This document shows positions 28,515-37,156 of a stretch of DNA of 64,000 nt, one piece after another. The stretch is taken from IMG/VR virus record IMGVR_UViG_3300006162_000012, positions 3,228 to 67,227 of that record. One strand, written 5' to 3'. Below the pieces are notes generated by a model. The model was not told the DNA's origin. It did no database searches and worked only from the letters and a program-made list of their open reading frames with translations. The first letter of the stretch is position 1. Every line of letters begins with the position of its first letter. This DNA comes from a virus. Position numbers and translations under genes: made by a program.

Positions 28515-29150
28515 TCAGAGCGGCAATTCAGCCCACAGAAGGCCAAGCTGGATGACGCCGGTTGTCGCGGTGTTCGCGAACGATACGGCGGCCCAGGAAT
28601 TCGGAAGCACGACCATCGCGCCGCCGATGTCGATCCAGCCCGCGAGAGCCTGCGCGACGGTGATCGCGCCGGTGCCGTAAGGCCCGAGCGGGGCGAAGCG
28701 GTTGCCCGCGTTGGTCACAGTGCCGACGTTGTAGACGTTCATCGAAGGGGCGGGGCCGCCGATCAGCATGTTGCCGGAAGCGGTGATCGCGGTCGTCGAG
28801 GTCGGCGCTGCGGTCTGGCCGATGTTGCCGGTCAAGCCGATGGACGTCGCGACGGTGTTCGCCGTCGTCACGCCGCCGACCATCACGGAAAGCAAGTGAG
28901 CTTTCTTGTTGGACGTGCCGTTCCAGAGAAGCGGCCCGCCAGTGCCCGCCGCCGTCGAGTAAATCACGCCCGACGTGATCGTGGCGAACGCCGACATGAG
29001 GACGCCGCCTTCCGCCATGTGGGCGTAGCGACCGAGCAATTCCGAAACAAGCTGCTCCGAAAATTGGCCGCCCGCCACGTTGGGATTGCCCGCTGTCGCG
29101 CGAGGCGGGAACGAACCGGCTGCGACGGCCTGACTTTGCGCAGTAGCCAT
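28515..29150 (-). CDS. hypothetical beta-rich structural protein
   Basis: 211 aa, Gly/Thr/Ala-rich; LWNG..., LLWAELPL C-terminus. Confidence 0.7.
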   Translation of the reverse strand: MATAQSQAVAAGSFPPRATAGNPNVAGGQFSEQLVSELLGRYAHMAEGGVLMSAFATITSGVIYSTAAGTGGPLLWNGTSNKKAHLLSVMVGGVTTANTVATSIGLTGNIGQTAAPTSTTAITASGNMLIGGPAPSMNVYNVGTVTNAGNRFAPLGPYGTGAITVAQALAGWIDIGGAMVVLPNSWAAVSFANTATTGVIQLGLLWAELPL

Positions 29151-29165
29151 AGGGTTGAGCCTTTC

Positions 29166-30413
29166 TTAAATGTAAGCGTAATTGACCGCGATGGACGGAG
29201 ACGTCAGCGCGGTCGTGTCGCCGGACGCAATCGCGCCGGAAACGGTGTAGGCGATGCCAGAGCTGAAATATAATCCGCCCTCTGGCAGGAAGACCGGGAT
29301 GCTCGCGCCCGCCGTCGCCGGGATGGCGATTGTCAGGACCGAAGCAGTCGACGTCGTCGCGGCGGAATTGTTCTGCATGTGCAGATAGCCGACGTTCGCC
29401 GCGCCGTTGGAAACGTAAAGCATCGTCAAGCGGCCAGCCGACGCCTTGACTTGAGTTACCGCCGCCGTTGTGGCGGTGATGATCGTCTGGCCGATGGTCT
29501 GGCCGTTGGTTGTGGCGTTCGATCCGAGAACCACGCCGCCGCTCGACGTATCCGTCAGGATGCGGCGGGTGTTCGTTCCGTCCCATGCCAGCGGGACGGG
29601 ATTCAACGTCGGAGCGGAGCCGACAGCAATGTTGCCGCCGACGGAGAGCGTGCCAGCGACGCCCGCCGTGACGATCGCCGTGCCATTCCAGGAGGCGACG
29701 TTGTTCGTCGCGGTCGCGGTCGGCACCGACGTCGTGTAAGTGCCCGGCCAAGGCTGCGCGCGGAGATAGGCGACCGCCGTCCCCGCCGCCGTGACCGTGA
29801 TGCGGAAATAGCGCGCGAGGCAGGGGAACGAATAGCCCAAGTTCGCGGCCACCGCCGTCACATACGCGCCCAAGACGAGCGGAACGCCCGTCAGCGCCGA
29901 CCACGTCACGCCGTCATTCGAACAAGTGATATTGCCGGCTAGCGCCTGCGTCGTGATGTTGATCGACTCATATCCGGTCGTGTCGATCACGATGAATTGG
30001 TTGAGAGCGCCATAGATATTGATCGGCGCGGGCGCGTCGCTCAGAATCGTCGCGTTTTGCGCGTCACGCTTTTCCGGATTGAAAATGCGGACGTTGAGCG
30101 CCTCGCCCGTCCCCGAATCCATCACCGCTTCGAGGATGTTTACGCCAGCATACGGCCCGCTCGGATCGCCGACGATCGACATCGCGCCGGGCGCGTCGTT
30201 GGTCAGCGGCGGCGGGACGGGGAACGGGTTGTTGTTGGCGTCGTAAAGCTCGACCGAAAGCGGGTTGGTCGGGCTTGTGTCGCCGCCGTCGACATCGACG
30301 TTTCCGGTGACGATCTTCACGCGCTGGACGTCGAAGCCGCGCGGCGACAGCGTCTCGGTGTCGACGACCTTTCCGCCTGAGCCTACGTTTAGCGGTACGC
30401 CGCTGTCTGCCAT
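29166..30413 (-). CDS. fibre-like structural protein
   Basis: 415 aa; QRVKI..G N-terminus; C-terminal VKASAGRL..LYVSN..YL...GLYFSSGIAY beta-sandwich. Confidence 0.7.
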   Translation of the reverse strand: MADSGVPLNVGSGGKVVDTETLSPRGFDVQRVKIVTGNVDVDGGDTSPTNPLSVELYDANNNPFPVPPPLTNDAPGAMSIVGDPSGPYAGVNILEAVMDSGTGEALNVRIFNPEKRDAQNATILSDAPAPINIYGALNQFIVIDTTGYESINITTQALAGNITCSNDGVTWSALTGVPLVLGAYVTAVAANLGYSFPCLARYFRITVTAAGTAVAYLRAQPWPGTYTTSVPTATATNNVASWNGTAIVTAGVAGTLSVGGNIAVGSAPTLNPVPLAWDGTNTRRILTDTSSGGVVLGSNATTNGQTIGQTIITATTAAVTQVKASAGRLTMLYVSNGAANVGYLHMQNNSAATTSTASVLTIAIPATAGASIPVFLPEGGLYFSSGIAYTVSGAIASGDTTALTSPSIAVNYAYI

Positions 30414-30433
30414 GATGCTTCCTTATGCTCCGA

Positions 30434-31822
30434 TCACATCATGATGCGCGTTTGCACGGAGAGAATTTGCGGGACGATCGCCGCTTGGGGGATCCACGCA
30501 CCGACGCTCACGTTCGTAAGATAGGACCATTCAGCGCCGTTCGTGCTTGACCCGCTCAGGCTCACCGAGCCGGTGGCGGTGGAGTGCGTCGCCCATGCTT
30601 GATTTTGGCCCGCGCTATAAGAGATCGGGCCGTCCGCCGCCAGATTGGTCCATGAGACGGCAGACGATACAGGATAAGCGCCGGAATTGTTTTCCGAAAA
30701 GAAGCCAGCCAACGCCAGCCCGTTGGCGGGGATGGCGAGCGAAATGCTGATCGGATTGACGCCCTGTTGATTGAGAGTGCTGGCGGTGACGACAGGTCCT
30801 CCCGTCGCCGCACCGGTCAGAAACCAGCACTCCAGGCCCCAATCTGGAATGTTGTATGATCCCCAATAGACGACCAGTGTGTCCGTCGTCGCCGACGCAA
30901 GATCGGCATACCACAATTCCGATCTCTGGACGCCCGAACCGCTGTTGAGCGAGCCGGTGGCCTTAGTCATCGTCACACCGCCGATGGTCGGCGGTGCGGT
31001 GATTTCGACACCCGCGCCGATGAATAGCACGAACGTCGTTCCGGCGGGAATGCTCGGGCTTCCCGCAAGGGCGCTGCCGAGCAGATTGGTATATGTGTAG
31101 CTCGTCGCGCCGCTATAGCCAGGGTTGAGCGCGCCAGGGCTTCCAGGGCACCACGTCGAGATCACTTGAGCGGCGACCGTCGCCGGATAATAGGCGATAT
31201 AACCCATGACGCCGTAGTCAAGAGCATCAGGAGAAATGGACGCTGAAACTGCGCCCGACGTTGTCACTTGGGATGAGCCGCCCCAGATTTGACCTACGTA
31301 GCCGCTTTGTTGGTCTCCGGAGCTGTTCGTGGTGCCCGTCCACGTCGCAGTTTGACTCGCGGACGTCGTTGCGTATTGCGCCGACGCCAGCACGGCGGCT
31401 GACCCCCCGATCGGGACCGGAATTGGTTTTACAAGCGGTTGTGAATGAATGATCTGACCGCCATGCGCGGTCGCAAAAGCGCCCTGAATGACGGAATAAC
31501 CGACAAGCACGATAACGCCGACTAGATCGGTCGATCCGTTTCCAACAACGATGTTGCCGCTTGTGCCGGTCGGGACGAGGGCTTCCCACCAACTATATCC
31601 GTTGACGGCGGTCCCGCCAATTATTGTGCCAAAACGCAGCGTTGCCGGCACGCCGCCGATGGTGACCTGAGTAACCCCAGCAGAACCACCGCCGCTCATG
31701 CTCATGCCAACGACGATCAAACGCGACGGATCAGCGGTTCCGAAATTGAACGCTGAAAATGTGATGGACGACGCGAGGGGGAAGGCGCTCACCGCGCCGA
31801 GCGCCGTCATCGAATAGGCCAT
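30434..31822 (-). CDS. two-domain beta-sandwich fibre-like protein
   Basis: 462 aa; second half paralogous to 34066-34776. Confidence 0.7.
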   Translation of the reverse strand: MAYSMTALGAVSAFPLASSITFSAFNFGTADPSRLIVVGMSMSGGGSAGVTQVTIGGVPATLRFGTIIGGTAVNGYSWWEALVPTGTSGNIVVGNGSTDLVGVIVLVGYSVIQGAFATAHGGQIIHSQPLVKPIPVPIGGSAAVLASAQYATTSASQTATWTGTTNSSGDQQSGYVGQIWGGSSQVTTSGAVSASISPDALDYGVMGYIAYYPATVAAQVISTWCPGSPGALNPGYSGATSYTYTNLLGSALAGSPSIPAGTTFVLFIGAGVEITAPPTIGGVTMTKATGSLNSGSGVQRSELWYADLASATTDTLVVYWGSYNIPDWGLECWFLTGAATGGPVVTASTLNQQGVNPISISLAIPANGLALAGFFSENNSGAYPVSSAVSWTNLAADGPISYSAGQNQAWATHSTATGSVSLSGSSTNGAEWSYLTNVSVGAWIPQAAIVPQILSVQTRIMM

Positions 31823-31825
31823 CGA

Positions 31826-34066
31826 TCAATACCCCGACGCTTGGCCGTAACGGATCAAGCTCGATCCGCCGAAGCTGACGACCCATTCTTGATAGACGTT
31901 CAAGTTTCCCGTCGCATCATTCATGAGGTCGAGCCGACCGGCAGGGAATGTTCCGAGAGTGAACCATGTCGCGCAATAATCGTCCGATTCCCAAATGCCG
32001 TAGACGCCGTTGATCCATCCGAACATGATGATCGCTGGATAGCTTTGCCCGACAGCCGCCTTGCCGAAGCCATAGGCGTTCGGTCCAAGGATCGTATAGC
32101 TGCCGTTGCTGACGTCGTTCCACGTCGCGCCGCCATCGGTCGAGCGCAGCAATTTCGCCGACGTCGACGGCTGCGTGGTCGGGTTCATCAAGATCGGGCC
32201 GGGGATATAGAACAGGTTTCCGGCGTGCCCAGGCACGGCCTTGATCACGTCGTTGAAGCCGAAATTCGGGTTGAATGGCCCGGTGCCCGAGAGCATCAAC
32301 GTCCATGTCGACCCGGCGTCCGTCGAGCGATAAACTCCGTTGCCGCTGAGAAGATAGAACGTGCCGGTGTTGACGTGATCGGCGGTCGCCCAACGCGCAT
32401 GCACCGATTGCGCATAGGCGGGAGTGAACGCGCTACCCGTCGGCAGCGTCGCGGGCGTGAACCAGGTATTTCCGCCGTCCTGGGTCACATACGCTTTTTG
32501 GTCGGCGTAGCTGATCACCACCCAATTGAGCGGCGTCGAGACGGCGATTGAGCCATTGCAGAACGCGGAGCTTGGCGACGGTTGCACCGGCGCAAGCGTC
32601 CAGGTGTTGGACACGCCGCCATCGGTCGCTGTCCAAAGCGTGAGCGGGCCGCCGTCGCCGGTCCCGCCCGCGAGCGCGACGACGAAATTGGGCGACGACT
32701 TCGCATAGTCGTTGCCCATGCCCAGGCGCAGATCATACTGATAATTCGGCCCGTAGCCTTGGGGATAAGTGTTCGGACTGCTCAAGCACCAGATCGCGCG
32801 ATCTTCGCACGAGAGCAGCGGATAATATCCTGGCGGCCATGTCACATGCGAGCCGACGAGATTCTCGATGCCGCCTGTCTGGTCGTAGAACGGCTGATTG
32901 ATCGTCACGGCTGTGATGCTGTTCGTATACATCACGCCGCAGCCCCAGAAAATCCAGACGCGGCCTGATACGTTGGGATCGAAGAACGAGTCTCCGTGCG
33001 AATAATACCAAGCGCCGCCCGCCAAATGGTAGGCGACGGAAACGTTGTGGTACCACGGCACGCCGGTTGAATTGTAATCGGTGGTGGACCCGTAATAGCC
33101 GTAGTTGCCGCCCCAGGTCGGCGTGCCAGAATTCGCGTTCGTGGATTCGTCGAACAACGTGCCGCCAAGCTCGACAACCATATGGCCGGCATTGTTCGGA
33201 TCGCACGCGATGCCCGCGAGCCCGACGTTGCCGTTCGCCGAGGTGCGGATCGTCGTCCACACGCCCGCAGGCGAAAGGCGATAGACATTCGGGCCACCGT
33301 CGATGGCGTAATAATAGCCATCCGACGCCATCTTGCCTTTTGTGATGGCGGTCGGCGCGCCGCTCGACGCGGCCCAGGTCGATCCCGCATTCGTCGAGAT
33401 ATAGACGCCGACATTGAAAACCGGGATGATGATGCGATTGGTCTTGCCGCCCGTCGTGCCGCTGGTCTGGTCAAATGCAATGCCCGGCGCGCCATGCGCG
33501 CTCGCGCTCGACGGGATCGTCGAGGGGTTGAGCTTTGTGCACGTCGTCCCGCCGTCGGTCGTGACGTAGATGTTGCCGTCCGAATCGGAGAAATAGACGA
33601 CGTTCGCATTGGCCGGATCGACCGCCATCTTCTGGCCTTCGGTCCGGTTCGGGCCGTTGGGGTCAGCGTTAAAAAGCGTCAAGCACGGACAGATCGCCCA
33701 TGTGTTGCACTTGTCGGTCGTCTTGATCAGATAGGCGGTGTTAGATTGACCGCCGAAAATCGCGTAGATGATGCTCGAATTGCTCGGCGCGATGCGCGCT
33801 TCCCAACACCCCGACCCATAGAACGGATTGCCGGTGATCGTCGACGGCAGACCGGCTGCATTCCATGCGTTCACCCAAGGCGCGCCAAGCGTGACGTTGC
33901 CGATGTAGAGCGAATTGACGTCGACGCGGGTGATCATCGTCCCATCGGGGTGCATGTCCCCGCCAGTGCAATAGCCGCCGCCGCCGATCTTGACCGGATA
34001 CCAGCCGATCGGATTCGAGCCGGACGAGCCGCCTGACCCATACAGCGCTCGCGTGATGAATCCCAT
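31826..34066 (-). CDS. BNR/Asp-box beta-propeller protein, GH74 xyloglucanase-like
   Basis: start reassigned to ATG 34066 (TAATG overlap); GGGY..G, RVDV, several S/T.D.G.TW Asp-boxes, FGKAA.G.SYPAI. Confidence 0.8.
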   Translation of the reverse strand: MGFITRALYGSGGSSGSNPIGWYPVKIGGGGYCTGGDMHPDGTMITRVDVNSLYIGNVTLGAPWVNAWNAAGLPSTITGNPFYGSGCWEARIAPSNSSIIYAIFGGQSNTAYLIKTTDKCNTWAICPCLTLFNADPNGPNRTEGQKMAVDPANANVVYFSDSDGNIYVTTDGGTTCTKLNPSTIPSSASAHGAPGIAFDQTSGTTGGKTNRIIIPVFNVGVYISTNAGSTWAASSGAPTAITKGKMASDGYYYAIDGGPNVYRLSPAGVWTTIRTSANGNVGLAGIACDPNNAGHMVVELGGTLFDESTNANSGTPTWGGNYGYYGSTTDYNSTGVPWYHNVSVAYHLAGGAWYYSHGDSFFDPNVSGRVWIFWGCGVMYTNSITAVTINQPFYDQTGGIENLVGSHVTWPPGYYPLLSCEDRAIWCLSSPNTYPQGYGPNYQYDLRLGMGNDYAKSSPNFVVALAGGTGDGGPLTLWTATDGGVSNTWTLAPVQPSPSSAFCNGSIAVSTPLNWVVISYADQKAYVTQDGGNTWFTPATLPTGSAFTPAYAQSVHARWATADHVNTGTFYLLSGNGVYRSTDAGSTWTLMLSGTGPFNPNFGFNDVIKAVPGHAGNLFYIPGPILMNPTTQPSTSAKLLRSTDGGATWNDVSNGSYTILGPNAYGFGKAAVGQSYPAIIMFGWINGVYGIWESDDYCATWFTLGTFPAGRLDLMNDATGNLNVYQEWVVSFGGSSLIRYGQASGY

Positions 34067-34776
34067 TACATCATCACCATGCGCTTGGGCATGAGCAGCG
34101 GACTCGAAACGGCAGCCCAAGCCGCCGCGCCATTCGACGAATTATATTGCCAACTCGCCGAAGAACTTGTCCCGGTGATCGTCGTCGATCCAGTCGTCGT
34201 CGAGTGGGCCGCCCAAACCTGGCATACGCCTCCGGACGCCGTGCTTCCATCCTGCGCCGTGCTGCCGCTGAACGTCGCCGCAGGGCTTAAAGGAACGGTT
34301 CCTGCGAAGGTATAAAATCCCGCGACAGCGACGCCGTTTGTTGGAATTGACAGCGTGACCGTCGGCCCTGCGCCGCCGATGCCGCTTGCGAAACTTCCCG
34401 TCGCGCTCGGACCGCCCGTCGCCGCGCCCGTCAAATACCAGCATTCGATGCCGATATAATTTATCGTCGATGCCGTGACATGCAAGACAAGCGTGTCGGT
34501 GACGGAAGCGCCGCCGATGTCGGCATAATACATGCCCTCGGAAATGTGGCCGTAACCGCCAAAGTCGCTGAACAATTTTGTGAGGGTGACGCCGCCAATC
34601 GTGATCGGTGAAGGGTCGGAAATCCCGTCGCCATTGCCAAGATAAAGAACGAACGTCGTGTTGGCCGGAATATTCACTCCGCCATTGACGTTCGCGAACG
34701 TCAATGTCGCGCCGTTCGCGCCGCCATATGATTGGAGCGTCGGGCTTCCCGAGCAATAATTCGAAGAAGCCGCCAC
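34066..34776 (-). CDS. beta-sandwich fibre-like protein (paralogue of the C-terminal half of 30434-31822)
   Basis: TTFVL, TIGGVT.TK, YAD, TDTLV, ECW.LTGAATGGP shared. Confidence 0.7.
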   Translation of the reverse strand: MAASSNYCSGSPTLQSYGGANGATLTFANVNGGVNIPANTTFVLYLGNGDGISDPSPITIGGVTLTKLFSDFGGYGHISEGMYYADIGGASVTDTLVLHVTASTINYIGIECWYLTGAATGGPSATGSFASGIGGAGPTVTLSIPTNGVAVAGFYTFAGTVPLSPAATFSGSTAQDGSTASGGVCQVWAAHSTTTGSTTITGTSSSASWQYNSSNGAAAWAAVSSPLLMPKRMVMM

Positions 34777-35133
34777 TTACTTCGCGTCCTCGACCAACTT
34801 CCTCAGCAGCGGATTCGGGATCTCATTCGGGTCTTGCGCGGGGACGACTTGACCGTTGACGTAATATCCCGCCCCGATCGCGCCGTGCCAGCAATTGTCG
34901 CAGCACGCGATCTCCGAGCCATTGTCGGCCATCATCAAGCGCGTGCGGATTTGGCCGCGCTCATGGATCGAGCGCGGCGTCTCTTCGAAGATCGGCTCCA
35001 GGCACCAACGGCAAAAGCGCCGGTCGCTCGGATCGTTGATCTGCGGCGGAAAACGGAACCTCGCCTTGGGAGCTTCATGCTCCTTGCGAAAGAACGTGTC
35101 CGCGTTGCTGAACGGCTTCAAGGGCTCGGTCAA
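34777..35133 (-). CDS. small putative zinc-binding protein
   Basis: CRWC ... CCDNC motifs. Confidence 0.6.
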   Translation of the reverse strand: MTEPLKPFSNADTFFRKEHEAPKARFRFPPQINDPSDRRFCRWCLEPIFEETPRSIHERGQIRTRLMMADNGSEIACCDNCWHGAIGAGYYVNGQVVPAQDPNEIPNPLLRKLVEDAK

Positions 35134-35162
35134 AGTCGCCTCCGTCTTTGATTGCGAGCGCC

Positions 35163-35678
35163 TTATTGCGACTCATATTCCATGTGCGCACCGATGGCGC
35201 CGACCGTGCCGCCCGTGAAGGCGGACAGCGAGATTTCGCCGAACGAGGCGGTGTTGCCGAGGACGGAGATCGTCTCCTCGACCCTGTTGGCGCGCCAGAA
35301 GTAGACGCCGCCGAAGGCGTTGAGCGAGCAATTCTCCAAGTGCAAGGTCGAGGACCGCTGCGGCTTGGTGGTGGCGTTGGAATTGCCGGTGACGGGCGGA
35401 GCGGCGAGCGCGACGGTCGCGGGGTCTTTCGAGGCGTCCGTCTGGCCCGCGCCGAGCGTGTTCGTGCCCGACGCGACGGTCGAATCGCGCGCAAGGATCA
35501 TGAACGTCGGCGAGGACGACGAAGCGGCCTGGCCAGAGATCGAGATTTCCCAGATGCGGTTCAACTGCGTGGCCGATCCGCCTTGCAACAGGAAGGGATA
35601 GGTCGCGTCGACCAAGTTGGTCGTGTCCGCCGTGGCGGTCGGGGTCATCGTGGTGACGGAAGTAATGCGACGTGCCAT
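35163..35678 (-). CDS. hypothetical beta-rich structural subunit
   Basis: 171 aa, Ser/Thr-rich, AGGAG RBS; LNAFGG...W. Confidence 0.7.
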   Translation of the reverse strand: MARRITSVTTMTPTATADTTNLVDATYPFLLQGGSATQLNRIWEISISGQAASSSSPTFMILARDSTVASGTNTLGAGQTDASKDPATVALAAPPVTGNSNATTKPQRSSTLHLENCSLNAFGGVYFWRANRVEETISVLGNTASFGEISLSAFTGGTVGAIGAHMEYESQ

Positions 35679-35679
35679 T

Positions 35680-36030
35680 TCATTTTCTCCTGAGGAGTTG
35701 ATCGGGCACTACGCCCGTTGCCAAAAACTGGTCCTGCAATTTCGCGAACGGAACGCAGGTCCCGGTCATCTTCATCTCTGCGCCGCATCCATCGCAGATG
35801 TCGTGATCGCAATTCGAGCAATACGCCCGCGCCCTCAAGCGGTCGGGATTCTTCACCACGACCTTCTGGCAATGCGAACAGGTGTATGTCGCGCCCTCGA
35901 ACAATTGACCCGGACCGATGTGCCCGGCCAGCTTTGTGCGGCCAGCCTTGATGAGGTCAGCACCGGTCAAGCCAGGGCTTTCCCGATGGTCGATCATCAG
36001 ATAGCCTTCGCGTTCTGACTTTCTGAACAT
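35680..36030 (-). CDS. zinc-finger protein
   Basis: CSHC, CSNCDHDICDGC, C.PF. Confidence 0.7.
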   Translation of the reverse strand: MFRKSEREGYLMIDHRESPGLTGADLIKAGRTKLAGHIGPGQLFEGATYTCSHCQKVVVKNPDRLRARAYCSNCDHDICDGCGAEMKMTGTCVPFAKLQDQFLATGVVPDQLLRRK

Positions 36031-36263
36031 CAGCTCGGTCCATTCGGCGCAAGGACCGCCATCGCGGCCTTCTCGATTTCAATTTTGTACAAATCGACGT
36101 CGTCGATGAAGCCGTTCTCGTCTGCCAATCGGGCGGAGACTTCCTCGATGACGCCGTGCATCTGCATGTCGACCTGCGCGCAATAGAGCGCTAGGCCTGC
36201 CTTCTGCTCCCGCGTCAGGCGGCGGTGATCGAACCAACGGCCCTTGAGGATAACGACCATCAC
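36030..36263 (-). CDS. hypothetical protein
   Basis: 77 aa; overlapping start/stop coupling at both ends. Confidence 0.55.
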   Translation of the reverse strand: MMVVILKGRWFDHRRLTREQKAGLALYCAQVDMQMHGVIEEVSARLADENGFIDDVDLYKIEIEKAAMAVLAPNGPS

Positions 36264-37078
36264 TCAAATCCTGGAATAATCGGCTTCGCCCGGCAACGGC
36301 AATTGATCAATTCGCCGGGGTAAATGTTGCGTCCTTCATCTGGATCGAACCAGCCCTTCTTGACGTCGTAGCGGACCTTGTCTCGTCCTGCCTTGAGGTG
36401 AGAAGGGCGCGGAACTTTACCGGCGCTGGAGTGCATCCACTGGGCTTCTTTGATTCCTGCTTCAATCTGGCGCGCCCGCGTGATCGCCGCTGTGGCCTTG
36501 TTGTTCTGGTCACGAGCGATCAACGCCGCACGCTTCTTGGTCACGCCGTAGGTGTGTTGGAGCTCCTTGGCCAATGGCCCGAGGTCTCCGCCCCGCATGA
36601 CCGCGCGCATCACCGCGCCTTCGACCGCTTGGAGGTAACGCTGCGGAATGGACTTGATGAGTCCAACGCTCTCGCCACGCGTCGCGGTCACCACGTCCCG
36701 CACAAACGGCGAGACCTTGAATTCGACGGTGAAGCCTCCATCGCGCAAGATCTTCTTCAGCGCGTCCGTCGATCGCCGGTCCACCGATTGGGCGAACCAC
36801 TTGCCCAAATTCTCGGACAAGTCATCGAAGCGTCCGAACCATCTGTCCTGGAGCTTCTTCATCGTGCGCCTCAAGAAGGCCGCAGGCGTCTCGTCTTGGG
36901 CCAATAGGGATGGATTCTGGTTATTCGCCGCCCTCACCCAATAGAGCACCGAGGCATGCATCTCGTTGAGCAAGCGGAGCACCCGCCGTTGATACTCCGC
37001 CGCTATCCCCGCGTTCGGGTTCACCGGGCGCAAGACTCTCGCCTTGCGCAGCTCGGACTTTGTTTTGCGGGGCTCCAT
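36260..37078 (-). CDS. head morphogenesis protein (SPP1 gp7/MuF-like)
   Basis: RAALIARDQNNKA, W.HS, PRPSH, PGELINCRC. Confidence 0.9.
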   Translation of the reverse strand: MEPRKTKSELRKARVLRPVNPNAGIAAEYQRRVLRLLNEMHASVLYWVRAANNQNPSLLAQDETPAAFLRRTMKKLQDRWFGRFDDLSENLGKWFAQSVDRRSTDALKKILRDGGFTVEFKVSPFVRDVVTATRGESVGLIKSIPQRYLQAVEGAVMRAVMRGGDLGPLAKELQHTYGVTKKRAALIARDQNNKATAAITRARQIEAGIKEAQWMHSSAGKVPRPSHLKAGRDKVRYDVKKGWFDPDEGRNIYPGELINCRCRAKPIIPGFE

Positions 37079-37156
37079 GCGCGCTCCTCGCGAAGACGAA
37101 TTGTTCCTGGACGCTGAGGTGGTCTTCGAGCGGGATGTCGAAGAGGGAGAGGGAGA

